From Phycisphaerae bacterium (lineage in GTDB: Bacteria > Planctomycetota > Phycisphaerae > JAAYCJ01): a stretch of DNA of 64,000 bases. Below are positions 28,470 through 38,542 of this stretch, one piece after another. The stretch covers positions 18,070 to 82,069 of the forward strand of contig JBAZZQ010000008.1 of NCBI GenBank assembly GCA_041658725.1, written 5' to 3'. Under the pieces are notes generated by a model, which saw nothing but the letters and a program-made list of their open reading frames with translations, had not been told where the DNA came from and ran no database searches. The position numbers and the translations under genes were made by a program. Numbering within the stretch: the stretch's first letter is position 1; the number at the start of each line of letters is the position of its first letter.

Positions 28470-29885
28470 ATGAAACTGGAAACCATAAAAATTCTTTCGG
28501 ACCAGGAGATCAAACAGATTCACGAGGCGTCGATGGACATCCTTGTCAACTGTGGAGTCGAGATCGGCAGCCCGAAAATGCTTTCATTTCTGAAAGACAA
28601 GGGGCTGAAAATCGAAGAGGATTCTGTCCATTTTACCCGCGAATGCATCCAGGATGCGTTAAGTAAAATCCCTCCGACGTTCGATGTCTTTGATCGGGAG
28701 GGACGATATGTCTTTACGCTGGGAGATGGTGTGCCGAAAATCGCGGCTGGACATAACGCCGTCTTTTGGGTCGATAGCGAGACAGGCCGGACACGGCCAT
28801 CAAAAGTGTCCGACATAGAACAGTTTGCCCGAATCTGTCAGGATTTGGAATATATCCACATGATTGGAATTCCCGTAATGCCCCAGGATGTGCCTATTCC
28901 CCAAGCCTCCTTGCTGTACGGTGTAAAGGCCGTCATGGAAAACAGCGCCAAACCAATCTACTTTTCGACAGATAACCTGAAAATCAACCACTCGATCATT
29001 GAGATGCTCCAGACTGTCTTTCCTGGGGATTTACGGCATCAGGTGTATGGAATTAGTCAGCTTTCTCCGACCAGTCCCCTGATGTGGGAAGGAGGAGTGC
29101 TTGACGCCATCATGGATACTGTGGGCACGGGCGTACCGTTGGCGATTTTACCGGAACCCAATGCCGGCGTCTCGGCTCCTTTTACCCTCGCGGGACTCCT
29201 GACGATGAACAACGCCGAGTGCCTGTCGGGACTGGTAATGGTTCAGTTGCTTGAACCGGGCGCCAAAGTCATGTACGCCAATTCCTGGACGACGACGGAT
29301 ATGCGAACTGGGGCGGCTCTGGTGGGTTCCACCGAAACCACCATCTGTCGAATAGCGGCGGCTCAATTGGCCAGATTTTACAAAACACCCTCGCACACCA
29401 CCGCCCCAAATTCCGACAATCATGCCCACGATGAGCAAAATGCCTGGGAAAAAACCTTCAGTATGTTCTGCTCGGTGGCGGCGGGACACGATCTGGTCGT
29501 CAACTGCGGAATGTTTGCCGCCGGCTTGACCTGCAGCCATGAGCAATTGATCATGGATGAGGAAATCTCCGCCATGTCGAAGCGCATTGCGGAAGGAGTG
29601 CTTGTAAATCAGGAAACCATTGCCTGTAATCTGATCAAACAGATGGGCCACCAGCCGGAGTATTTAACGAGCGAGCATACCATGCGGTGGCTCCATTCCA
29701 AAGAATATCTATCGCCGCGGGTCTCGGTCCGTGGACCGCGAGCCACCTGGATGACGGCGGGAGGTAAGGATACTTACCAAATGGCGCGAGAGGCGGCCAA
29801 TAAATATAAACATTTTTCAGGTTCCCCGTTATCTTCCGCAAGAGCGGTAAAAATCAAACAGATCATAGAACAATTCGGGCGATAA
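28470..29885 (+). CDS. MttB-superfamily (trimethylamine methyltransferase-like, non-pyrrolysine) protein
   Basis: The N-terminus LSDQEIKQIHEASMDILVNCGVEI, the length (471 aa) and the overall pattern match the COG5598/MttB family. There is no in-frame amber codon. Confidence 0.65.
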   Translation: MKLETIKILSDQEIKQIHEASMDILVNCGVEIGSPKMLSFLKDKGLKIEEDSVHFTRECIQDALSKIPPTFDVFDREGRYVFTLGDGVPKIAAGHNAVFWVDSETGRTRPSKVSDIEQFARICQDLEYIHMIGIPVMPQDVPIPQASLLYGVKAVMENSAKPIYFSTDNLKINHSIIEMLQTVFPGDLRHQVYGISQLSPTSPLMWEGGVLDAIMDTVGTGVPLAILPEPNAGVSAPFTLAGLLTMNNAECLSGLVMVQLLEPGAKVMYANSWTTTDMRTGAALVGSTETTICRIAAAQLARFYKTPSHTTAPNSDNHAHDEQNAWEKTFSMFCSVAAGHDLVVNCGMFAAGLTCSHEQLIMDEEISAMSKRIAEGVLVNQETIACNLIKQMGHQPEYLTSEHTMRWLHSKEYLSPRVSVRGPRATWMTAGGKDTYQMAREAANKYKHFSGSPLSSARAVKIKQIIEQFGR

Positions 29886-30056
29886 ATGGAAAACCTCCAG
29901 ATATGACCGATTCTTTAAGAGGCACGACCGTAAGGGAGTGTTCTTACCTCCGCCCGAAAACCTTGGCACACACAGGTTACGTCATAGTCACTAAAATCGT
30001 TTTCTTTTCCCGACCAAAAGGTTAAAATCATGTTGTTTTTAAGATAAGGATTTTAA

Positions 30057-31379
30057 ATGAATAGGTCAGGTTCGCACGATGCTTCTTTTCAATGGCTTGA
30101 ACAAAATCGATTCGGACTTTTCATACACTGGGGCCTTTATTCCCTGCCCGCTCGGCATGAGTGGATCCAAAAATTAGAAGCAATCTCACCCGAAACATAC
30201 GATCAATACTTCAGGCACTTCGATCCTGACCTTTACGATCCGAACCTTTGGGCAAAATCCGCCGCCGATGCCGGTATGCAATATTTTTGTATCACCGCCA
30301 AGCATCATGAGGGCTTTTGTCTGTGGGATTCTGATTTTACAGACTTTAACGTAACCAAAACACCTTGCGGCAAAGATGTTCTTACGCTGATGGTGAAGGC
30401 CTTTCGCGATCACGGTTTGCGGACCGGGTTGTATTACTCTTTGATCGACTGGCATCACCCGGATTTCGTGATCGACTCGGCGCATCCGCTATCGAATCAT
30501 CCGCAACGGAACCAGATGAATGAAAAAAGAGACCAGAAAAAGTACATTCAATATCTACACGCGCAGGTGCGGGAACTGCTGACCCGATATGCTCCGGTGG
30601 ATATCTTATTTTTTGATTTCAGTTACCCTAAGAAATTTGCCTGGCCACCCAATATGGAAGATACCTGGGTCGGAAAATCCCGAGAAGACTGGGACAGTCT
30701 GAATCTGCTGAAAATGATCCGACAGATTTCCCCCAACACGTTAATCAATGATCGTCTGGACCTTAATGAGATGGAAGGCGGATGGGATTATCGAACGCCG
30801 GAACAATTCGAGCCGCGAAAATGGCTGGAATTCGAAGGCAAACGCGTTCCATGGATCACCTGTTATACATTTAGCGGGTCCTGGGGGTATCATCGCGAGG
30901 AATCCACCTGGAAGTCGGTCGAACAGTTAGTCCAGACATTGATTAACGTCACCAGTAAAGGCGGGAGTTTGCTTTTAAATGTGGGGCCGACTGGGCGGGG
31001 CGAGTTTGACCAGAGGGCTTTGGATCGCCTGAAAGGGATTGGCGAGTGGTTAAAACGTCATGGTCGATCCATCTATGGATGTACCGCCGCCCCGGATGAT
31101 CTTACTCCACCCCCTCAATGCGTATATACATATAACCCCCAAACCAATCGACTCTATGTTCATGTGTACGCCTGGCCCTGCCTCCACCTGCATCTGGCAG
31201 GATTGGGACATCGGGTCGAATATGCCCAACTCTTAAACGATGCCTCCGAAATTCAAATCGGATTAAGTGATTGGTTTGCCGGCCAGACAACCGGGGGCGA
31301 CCTCAATACATTGACCTTAACCCTGCCCATTCAAAAACCGAATGTAGCTGTGCCGGTCATCGAATTGATTTTAAAATAA
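30057..31379 (+). CDS. Alpha-L-fucosidase, glycoside hydrolase family 29
   Basis: FGLFIHWGLYSLPA and the surrounding GH29 catalytic N-domain. Length 440 aa. Confidence 0.85.
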   Translation: MNRSGSHDASFQWLEQNRFGLFIHWGLYSLPARHEWIQKLEAISPETYDQYFRHFDPDLYDPNLWAKSAADAGMQYFCITAKHHEGFCLWDSDFTDFNVTKTPCGKDVLTLMVKAFRDHGLRTGLYYSLIDWHHPDFVIDSAHPLSNHPQRNQMNEKRDQKKYIQYLHAQVRELLTRYAPVDILFFDFSYPKKFAWPPNMEDTWVGKSREDWDSLNLLKMIRQISPNTLINDRLDLNEMEGGWDYRTPEQFEPRKWLEFEGKRVPWITCYTFSGSWGYHREESTWKSVEQLVQTLINVTSKGGSLLLNVGPTGRGEFDQRALDRLKGIGEWLKRHGRSIYGCTAAPDDLTPPPQCVYTYNPQTNRLYVHVYAWPCLHLHLAGLGHRVEYAQLLNDASEIQIGLSDWFAGQTTGGDLNTLTLTLPIQKPNVAVPVIELILK

Positions 31380-31383
31380 TACA

Positions 31384-32034
31384 ATGATGCCACATAAGAA
31401 AAACAAATATTTACAGTGGCGACGGGTCCTGATTTGTTCATTGGGCATAACCGCCGTCGTTCTTTTATCCCTTTGGTCCATAGGTGTGCTGGATAATAAT
31501 TTCCGAATCGTCACTCCCGGCAAATTTTATCGATCAGGACAAATGACCGATCAAGCACTTCGCCGGACCATTAATGCCTACAAAATTCAAACGGTGATCA
31601 ACTTGAAAGGGACCAGCAAGAAACCCTGGTATTTGGCAGAAAAGCAAGCGGCGGAAGATTGCCGCATTCTGTATCTTAGCGTGGAACTCAATCCCTGGAA
31701 ATTGCCTCCTCCCGATAAGCTGGCCATTTTGGTTCATACCTTTCAGAAAGGGCCCTATCCCATGCTGGTGCATTGTAATGCCGGGGCGGATCGGGCCGGA
31801 CTTGCCAGCGTCTTGTATCGCGTCGTGGTGGAACATGCCCCTCTGGAAGTCGCATTGAGCGAACAGTTGACATGGCGGTACGGACATTTTACTCTCGGCA
31901 AGGCCCGTGCTATGGATATTTTTTTTGACCTGTACCGCCAAACCGGCACGGGCAAGGACCTTGTCTCCTGGATTATCGAAGATTATCCTTCGATTTATCA
32001 CCGACACAAGGCAGCGGCCACCCAACCGGCGTAG
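31384..32034 (+). CDS. Membrane-anchored protein tyrosine/dual-specificity phosphatase-like protein
   Basis: CX5R P-loop VHCNAGADRAG. An N-terminal TM helix is present. Confidence 0.6.
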   Translation: MMPHKKNKYLQWRRVLICSLGITAVVLLSLWSIGVLDNNFRIVTPGKFYRSGQMTDQALRRTINAYKIQTVINLKGTSKKPWYLAEKQAAEDCRILYLSVELNPWKLPPPDKLAILVHTFQKGPYPMLVHCNAGADRAGLASVLYRVVVEHAPLEVALSEQLTWRYGHFTLGKARAMDIFFDLYRQTGTGKDLVSWIIEDYPSIYHRHKAAATQPA

Positions 32035-32331
32035 GCCTTAATAATTTAATCGTATAGGAAATTATATTTGGAGAATGATGACGTGGGGTTGGGGCGGAGA
32101 ATTTCGTTTCCACATTCGATGCCGCCGCCGATGAGGGGCAGCGATACCGGTACCAGGTGCTGGAGGCCGTCCAAGGGTCTTCGGTCGGAAAGTCCTGTGG
32201 ATCGTGCTCGGTCGGTTCGGGGTTCCTCGCCGGTCTCCTATCTTTATGTTGCCGGAATAAGACTTGATTGTTTTTTCTCCGGCCATTACCATCAAAGTAC
32301 GTTTTCTCTACCGATCCAGGAGAAATAAAAG

Positions 32332-34038
32332 ATGAATAAAGCCATCAAACTTGGAACTGAAAATCTTCCCAGGGTGAAGAATCCTGTTATTGGCGTTTTC
32401 GCCCCCTGCGATTTTCGCATCGACGAAGATTCGCGGAAGCGCACGCAAAACATCATTCAGATGTCGGCGGATATTATCGCGGAAAATGTCAAGCTCGTCG
32501 ACGGCTGCCCCGTAAAAGTCGTTTACAGCACCGTTTTGATCGATGGTGAAAAACAGGCCGACCTCGTGGCCCGGCAATTCGAGCAGGCGGGGGTCAATAT
32601 CCTGGTTGCCGTTCCCGATACGTGGTCCTTCCCTCAGCCGACGCTGATTTCCTTTATCCAGCAATTTCCGAAAGATACCCCGCTAAACCTTACCTGCGGC
32701 AACAGCGGACCCAAACCCGGAGTCGTTTATGTCCATGCCTGCAGCGGAGCCCTTTCGCAATACGGCAAGCTGGTTCATATCAACGTCGGCTCCTGGCCTG
32801 ATACAGGCTTAAACCCGAAAATGAGTGAAAGCACCGCCAGAAGCCTGATTGATTGGTGTTATGCGGCGGTAACCAGTCAAGCCCTGAAGGGCAGAAGGGT
32901 CGTCATCTTCGGCCATGATTCGATGGGCATGGAAACCGCCCTTGCCCACATTATCCCGACGCGGAACACCTTCGGCCTGGAAATCACACGACTGGATATG
33001 AAGTTACTAGCCGACATGCTGCAGAAAAAATCATACGATCAAAAAGAACTCAGGGACCTGCGAGGCTGGCTCGATGGGTTGGTCGGAAAGCGAATTGAAA
33101 TCAGAAACGGCGAGGACAATGAACGCTTTAATATTTCCCTGGCGATGTACTTGATCACACGCGATCTTCTGAACGACCTGAACGCGGTAGGCGGCGGATT
33201 TATGAGTCAGCTCGAATGGGGTTCCGATCCGCGGGGCATTCCGCTGCCCGTGGCCGACGTCATGGAATCGCTCTTTAATTCCACCTTCGATCATCGAGGA
33301 AAAAAACCGCCCCTGCCCTACGCCACCGAGGCCGACGCACAGGGATTATTGACCATGCTGTTTTTTACGCACCTTACCGGTGGAAATCCTCCGCTCTTTA
33401 TGGACTTCCGAAAGGCCTGGGAACCGTGGGAAATTAAGGCCCTGGCCGCGAAACTGAAAATGAAACTCACGGGAAAAACCCTTTGGGAAAAAATCGGTTT
33501 CGTCGATGGCGACAACTCCGGTTCCGCCTCCTTCGACTGGGCAGCCAAACCCGGCGCGTCTGTTAAAGAGATCATGTCGAAAGTTCGTTTCCCGCTTGCC
33601 GATCCGGGCTATTTCCCCGGCCTGGGAAATTCCGTAACGTTCGTTTCCCCCGGTGGAATCGAAGGGATCGCCGGTCGGATGGCCTACAGCGCCCCCGGCA
33701 ACATCTTCTCGCTCATCTGGGACGAAGCGGCCACCGTGGACCTGCCAGCCAAACTTTCCGATGCCGTCTGCCGAACGTCAAACCACACCTGGCCCCACAC
33801 CTTCGTCATGCCGAAATACGCTACGATGGGTGAATACAAGCAATACCCACCAGCCAACCATTTCCACATGACCTGGGGCCTTTCCCCGGCTCGCTTGGAA
33901 TTCTGGATGGATTTGTCCAACGTCCTCTCAATCACCCCCTGGCAAAACAGGCCGTCGTATCTGGAAGGCATTGATCGTCCGGTCCCGTTGCTGTATTTGA
34001 TGAACGGCGGAGAAGCAGCATATAAAATGGGCAGATAG
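32332..34038 (+). CDS. fucI: L-fucose isomerase
   Basis: Collinear with E. coli FucI. The C-terminal TSNHTWPHTFVMPKY...ANHFHMTWG corresponds to NSTWPTTWFAPR...ANHGVLTIGH. Length 568 aa. Confidence 0.8.
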   Translation: MNKAIKLGTENLPRVKNPVIGVFAPCDFRIDEDSRKRTQNIIQMSADIIAENVKLVDGCPVKVVYSTVLIDGEKQADLVARQFEQAGVNILVAVPDTWSFPQPTLISFIQQFPKDTPLNLTCGNSGPKPGVVYVHACSGALSQYGKLVHINVGSWPDTGLNPKMSESTARSLIDWCYAAVTSQALKGRRVVIFGHDSMGMETALAHIIPTRNTFGLEITRLDMKLLADMLQKKSYDQKELRDLRGWLDGLVGKRIEIRNGEDNERFNISLAMYLITRDLLNDLNAVGGGFMSQLEWGSDPRGIPLPVADVMESLFNSTFDHRGKKPPLPYATEADAQGLLTMLFFTHLTGGNPPLFMDFRKAWEPWEIKALAAKLKMKLTGKTLWEKIGFVDGDNSGSASFDWAAKPGASVKEIMSKVRFPLADPGYFPGLGNSVTFVSPGGIEGIAGRMAYSAPGNIFSLIWDEAATVDLPAKLSDAVCRTSNHTWPHTFVMPKYATMGEYKQYPPANHFHMTWGLSPARLEFWMDLSNVLSITPWQNRPSYLEGIDRPVPLLYLMNGGEAAYKMGR

Positions 34039-34070
34039 GCGATATCGGTGGTGAACAAGGGGCATCCATA

Positions 34071-34940
34071 ATGGAACTCACGGCGACCCAGGTGGATTGG
34101 ATTCTCATTCTGGCGGGGTTGCTCGTCTGGGCCAAACTGTTGACGTTTTATGCCTCTCGCCGGCACTATTTGAAAATCGATCCTCAACCCCAAACCGCCG
34201 CCATTCAATTCGGGGTCGAAGCGATCCTGATCGTCTTCATTTTATTCCTGCTGAGCGGACAACTAATCCAACAATTTCTTGAGAAATTTTTGGTCACGAC
34301 GGGTTTAAATGACCTTTCCCGGCAAATGCTCGCGGATACCGCCGCGAAGCTCGTGGCTGGGACGGGGATTATTTATCTGCTTTCCAGATTCGCAAAGACC
34401 AAAGCCCTTTTCGGTGAACCATCGCCCAGCGATCATTCTTTTTGGACAAATATCCCTCGTTGGGTAAAAGTGATTCTGATCTCGGTGATCGTTTACCTGG
34501 CCATCTATCCACTGGTCAATGTGCTCCTGCTGAGCGCGGGAATTATTTTTTTTCAAAAGGTCCTGCATCTTACAGTGCCGGAGAGCCACCAGGCATTTCA
34601 ACTCCTGAGCGATAAAAACGTCCCACTGTTTGTCAAGGCCGATGGTGTGCTGCTGGCGGCGATTGTTTCTCCGATAATCGAAGAATTGTTTTTCCGGGGC
34701 CTTGTCCAAAATTATCTATACAAACTTTTCTGCCGCCCCATGATCGCGATTATGGTAACGAGTATCTTTTTTATGCTGGTTCACTATCCGTTGTTGCAGC
34801 AGATGCCGGCATTGTGGATGCTGGGGGTCATCCTCGGCTGGAGTTACTATCGCTATCGGACTCTGACCGTTCCGATGCTTATTCATGTTATTTTTAACAG
34901 CGTAAGCCTGGCCCTCTGGTGGCTGGGTGGGATTGGATAA
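34071..34940 (+). CDS. CPBP family intramembrane metalloprotease (CAAX protease/Abi)
   Basis: Motifs EELFFRG, FxxxH (FFMLVHYP) and HxxxN (HVIFNSVS) within a polytopic membrane protein. Confidence 0.75.
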   Translation: MELTATQVDWILILAGLLVWAKLLTFYASRRHYLKIDPQPQTAAIQFGVEAILIVFILFLLSGQLIQQFLEKFLVTTGLNDLSRQMLADTAAKLVAGTGIIYLLSRFAKTKALFGEPSPSDHSFWTNIPRWVKVILISVIVYLAIYPLVNVLLLSAGIIFFQKVLHLTVPESHQAFQLLSDKNVPLFVKADGVLLAAIVSPIIEELFFRGLVQNYLYKLFCRPMIAIMVTSIFFMLVHYPLLQQMPALWMLGVILGWSYYRYRTLTVPMLIHVIFNSVSLALWWLGGIG

Positions 34941-34981
34941 AAATATTTTGTTCCCGTATTGGTGAAAGGCTGGACGTGGGA

Positions 34982-36124
34982 CTATATTCTTTTATCTCCC
35001 TGTGCCAATTTCACCATCGTCTGATAATTCGCCAATGTTTGAGCGGTAATCGTTCTGCCGTAGGGTGAGGCAGACGGCATCAAAACGAATCCTCGGCCCT
35101 TGCCATCGGTCCCTTCGCGCAGAGCCTTTTCAACCTTTTTCTGAAATTCCTCGGTAGCAAGGTTTTCAATATCCGCGATCTCGATATTTCCAAACAGGAC
35201 CATGTCCCGGCCGTATTGTCGGCGAACATCGATCAATTCCATGTCGCCCTGATCCGGCGGCTCGATCGGGTCCAGGCCATCGGGTTTGATGGCGGTGATA
35301 TGCGGCAAAATATTCCGCAACCGTCCGTGCGAATGAAGCCGGGCGTAACCGCCGTGCCGTTGGATCATCTTCACCATCGGTCCGGTGTACGTGACGACAT
35401 ATTCCTCAAACAGGCGGGGAGGCAGATAAGGTTCCGCGGCATATTCCGGCCCGTAGATTCGCCACAGTCGGCCGGGGAACTCCCGAGCTACGATTTCGGT
35501 GGTGCGATGGATATCACGGGCACATTTCCGCAGCATTTGATGAAACAACTCCGGCTCGGTCAAGGCCAGGATCGTATAATCCTCCATTGAAAACTGGCTG
35601 GCCGCTTGGCAGATCGGATCACCGGTATCCACCATAACGATACCAGCCTCACCGAGGTCTTTTTCCAGTTCAAACAGATTCGAGCAATCGACCGTGTGGT
35701 CGAATATCTCATCCGGAAGTTTCAGGTACGCTCGCAGATCGTCCGCACTTTTCAACAAGTGTTCAATCACCCAGACGGTGTCCACCTCCGCATCCCGCCG
35801 AGTCACCTGCGTCAACGTCCGGCCCGCCGCCATCACCTGTGTCCGGGTAAACCGCGATTGTCCCTCCTCCCATGTTTTAAGTGAAAAATATTTTTCTCGG
35901 TATTCCGGATGAGCGAAACGCATAATTGGAGCGCCTGCGCGAATGACGTCGGTGTGGTTTTCCGCCAAGTCCAGCAAAGGCCGCCACGACGGGTCATTAT
36001 AAATATTGTAAGAGTCCGGGTCGTCCGGGTTGTGTTTACGGAAAGTGATCTCGTAGAAATTTACCGCCGGCCGGTCCACCGGCTCTCCTCGCAATGTCGC
36101 CATCAATCGTTCACGTCGTGTCAT
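34982..36124 (-). CDS. Uroporphyrinogen decarboxylase (URO-D) family protein
   Basis: The N-terminus MTRRERLMATLRGEPVDRPAV is the classical URO-D start. Length 380 aa. Confidence 0.7.
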   Translation of the reverse strand: MTRRERLMATLRGEPVDRPAVNFYEITFRKHNPDDPDSYNIYNDPSWRPLLDLAENHTDVIRAGAPIMRFAHPEYREKYFSLKTWEEGQSRFTRTQVMAAGRTLTQVTRRDAEVDTVWVIEHLLKSADDLRAYLKLPDEIFDHTVDCSNLFELEKDLGEAGIVMVDTGDPICQAASQFSMEDYTILALTEPELFHQMLRKCARDIHRTTEIVAREFPGRLWRIYGPEYAAEPYLPPRLFEEYVVTYTGPMVKMIQRHGGYARLHSHGRLRNILPHITAIKPDGLDPIEPPDQGDMELIDVRRQYGRDMVLFGNIEIADIENLATEEFQKKVEKALREGTDGKGRGFVLMPSASPYGRTITAQTLANYQTMVKLAQGDKRI

Positions 36125-36155
36125 TATGTCTCCTTATGTGGATGATCCCGCAATA

Positions 36156-37124
36156 TTAAAACCACCAGGCCTGATCGGTCTTTTCGCGAATGACGACGGT
36201 TCTCAAATAGTTGACCGCTTTCTCGAAACCCTCCTGAGCGCTCATCAGGCCGTCTTCGTGTTCGATGCTGAGCACACCGTCGTATCCTTTGGCTCGGAGC
36301 ATGGAGATGAAGGGTTTCCAGAATTCGTCACCGTGCCCATAACCCACCGTTCGAAAAACCCAGCTTCGTTCGTCGATCCTGCCGTAACTTTTGGTATCGA
36401 GGTTGCCGTTGACTTTCGAGTTCGAGGGATCGATGTAGGTGTCCTTGGCATGAACGTGCCAGAGACACTTGGCGTCACCGAGGGTCCGAACGGATTCGAC
36501 GGGGTCGATCCCCTGCCAGAAAAAATGGCTGGGGTCGAAATTGGCCCCGATTTGTTTGCCGCATTCCTTTCTCAGCCGCAGAAGGGTTTCGGTATTGTAA
36601 ACGCAGAAACCGGGATGGGCTTCAAAGGCCAGCTTGACCCCGTTGTCAGCGGCGAGTTTATTCTGTCGGGTCCAGAACGGAACTAAAACGTCATTCCATT
36701 GGTATTCCAGTATCTTGGCATAATCGTCGGGCCATGGGCAGGTGACCCAGTTGGGTGTCTTGTCGCCTTTTTTCCCCGCTGGGCAACCGCTGAAATTGAT
36801 GACCACATTCGTTCCGAGTTTTGGCGCGAGTTTGACGGCGACTTCGTGCTGCCGGGTATGGAGTTTGGCAATGGCTCCGTCGGGATGCACGGGATTTCCA
36901 TGCACCGCCAGCGCCGAGACGACCAGGCCTCGCTGCTTAATAGCGTCTTTGATCTGACCCTGACGACCGATGTCGGCCAAAATCTCTTCGGGATCGAAAA
37001 AGGGCTGGCCAGGATATGCGCCCACCGGAAGCTCGATGGCCTCCAGACCCAGATGCCGGCAGTAATCCAAGGCTTTATCAAATCCCATCGCACCCAGCCC
37101 GGTCCCCATGACTCCGATTTTCAT
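36156..37124 (-). CDS. Sugar phosphate isomerase/epimerase (xylose-isomerase-like TIM barrel)
   Basis: MKIGVMGTGLG...LGLEAIEL and the conserved E/H/D metal ligands (FEAHPG, WHVHAKD). The start was chosen at the internal ATG 37122-37124. Confidence 0.7.
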   Translation of the reverse strand: MKIGVMGTGLGAMGFDKALDYCRHLGLEAIELPVGAYPGQPFFDPEEILADIGRQGQIKDAIKQRGLVVSALAVHGNPVHPDGAIAKLHTRQHEVAVKLAPKLGTNVVINFSGCPAGKKGDKTPNWVTCPWPDDYAKILEYQWNDVLVPFWTRQNKLAADNGVKLAFEAHPGFCVYNTETLLRLRKECGKQIGANFDPSHFFWQGIDPVESVRTLGDAKCLWHVHAKDTYIDPSNSKVNGNLDTKSYGRIDERSWVFRTVGYGHGDEFWKPFISMLRAKGYDGVLSIEHEDGLMSAQEGFEKAVNYLRTVVIREKTDQAWWF

Positions 37125-37510
37125 TTTTTGTCCTCTTAAAGCTAAACCTGATTTTACACATAGCTTGACGTTTCCCTCAAAATAACAACCCATACGGCAG
37201 TTGGGAAAGAGAAATTTCCCGCCGCCGCTACGTTTCTTTGTAAAATATCCGCTGGAGCAAGTTAGGACTCCAAAAAAAAGCGATAAAGGCAAGCTGTGTA
37301 TCCCACAAATAAGGATTCGTGCACTTATGAATTTAATGGCTGCTTATTTTTCCGAAGGACATCTGAGGACAACATCTACAATTAGGTTTTGACATGAATT
37401 AAGGCCATTGTTATAATTCCGAACATTGAGACCCAAATAACATGGATTTGGGTTGAGTGTACGGAAATGCTTTGAAAAAAATAACCTAAGTTCGTATTGC
37501 ATAATGTGTT

Positions 37511-37584
37511 GGCCGTGTAGCTCAGATGGTTAGAGCATGGGATTCATAAACCCAAGGTCGTCAGTTCGATTCTGACCGCGGCCA
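37511..37584 (+). tRNA. tRNA-Met (anticodon CAU). G1-C72 is paired, so it is elongator Met or tRNA-Ile2(k2CAU). The 3' CCA is not encoded.
   Basis: The cloverleaf was checked by hand. Acceptor GGCCGTG/CGCGGCC. D-arm GCTC/GAGC. Anticodon loop TTCATAA with U33 and A37. T-arm GTCAG-TTCGATT-CTGAC. Confidence 0.85.
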
Positions 37585-37595
37585 TTTGTAAGTTG

Positions 37596-37850
37596 CTAAT
37601 TGTCAATAGGTTCTGACAGAAACACTTCTGTCGGTTGAGTGGCGGAAGGCTCGCGTAACAAATGTGTAACAGAAATGTTTTCCAGGGATTTCCTGGTTGC
37701 CTCACGCGTTCGCTCCAACAGATCATCACTGACGGCAAGATAGAAGGTTCGAGTGGTCTCAAAACTGGCATGACCTGCCATTCGCATGACGTCCAACTCC
37801 CGCAACCCGTGGGAAAGCCAATTGCTGAGGCCTGCTCGACGTTCACTCAC
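37596..37850 (-). pseudogene. Truncated tyrosine recombinase/phage integrase (C-terminal ~84 aa only), adjacent to the tRNA-Met 3' end.
   Basis: It has box II HGLRE (HxLR) and the catalytic Tyr context GHASFETTRTFYLAVSDD. The N-terminal ~250 aa are absent, and upstream frames contain stops. Confidence 0.6.
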
Positions 37851-38026
37851 GTTACGGCCTGCGCACTCGCCAAGTGACTTTGCATCACCCTCTACCCCGG
37901 AGGCTCCAACGACGGGATTACTCCCGACATTGCTCCGATTGCTACCGGCAGGAGCGAAAGTTGCCGGGTGGGACTTGCACCCACTGAAGTTCTACGCCGT
38001 TCCACGGCGCACTGAAAAATACGGGT

Positions 38027-38410
38027 TAAACTATAAATTATAGAAATTTCTCTTCCAGTACGGCCTTCTGCCTCATTCGTAGCTCAAGCAGGCAACGGTG
38101 GGATTTTTTTGAAGCCGGTTTGTCGAAGGTACTTTTCGGTTCGGTGGTGCATTTTTTGGGCGTTTTTTTTAGTATGATCGTCGTAGTGGGTTAAATGCAA
38201 AAGGCCGTGGGTGATATAAAGGGCCAGTTCGGCGGCGGGGTTGGTTTTGAGTTTTCGGGCTTGCTCGCGGGCAAGTTGGGAGTTGGCGATGATCTGGCCA
38301 ATCAATTCGGACCCTGTATCGCTAAGGTCAAAGGCAAAAACATCGGTCCGGTACCGCCGACGCGCATATTTTTCGGCATAGTCGGCCATTCGTTTGTCGC
38401 CCACAATGGC
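38027..38410. repeat. Copy A of a ~384-bp segment (ybeY 3' two-thirds plus 57 bp downstream) duplicated in inverted orientation at 47407-47788
   Basis: Near-identical nucleotide and protein sequence (IVGDKRMADYAEKYARRRYRTDVFAFDLSDTGSELIGQII...) on the opposite strand 9 kb away. Confidence 0.8.
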
Positions 38411-38536
38411 GATGGAAATTTCGGCGTGGGGGATTTTTTCGCCTTTAAGAATAAGAGCGGCCAGGCGCAAAATTTTCTTTTCACCAAGCGGCAAAAGGCG
38501 GACGAATTTTTTTATGGAAATCCGGTATGGTTTCAT
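38084..38536 (-). CDS. ybeY: rRNA maturation endoribonuclease YbeY
   Basis: H3xH5xH zinc motif ITHGLLHLTHYDDH. Length 150 aa. The ybeY-pgpH-phoH neighbourhood is conserved. Confidence 0.85.
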   Translation of the reverse strand: MKPYRISIKKFVRLLPLGEKKILRLAALILKGEKIPHAEISIAIVGDKRMADYAEKYARRRYRTDVFAFDLSDTGSELIGQIIANSQLAREQARKLKTNPAAELALYITHGLLHLTHYDDHTKKNAQKMHHRTEKYLRQTGFKKIPPLPA

Positions 38537-38542
38537 AATTCT

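Noticed and set aside
37544-37846. 100-aa ORF overlapping the tRNA-Met on the opposite strand (ends ...AAVRIELTTLGL)
   Set aside because: The C-terminus is a translation of the tRNA gene itself. This is a classic artefact.
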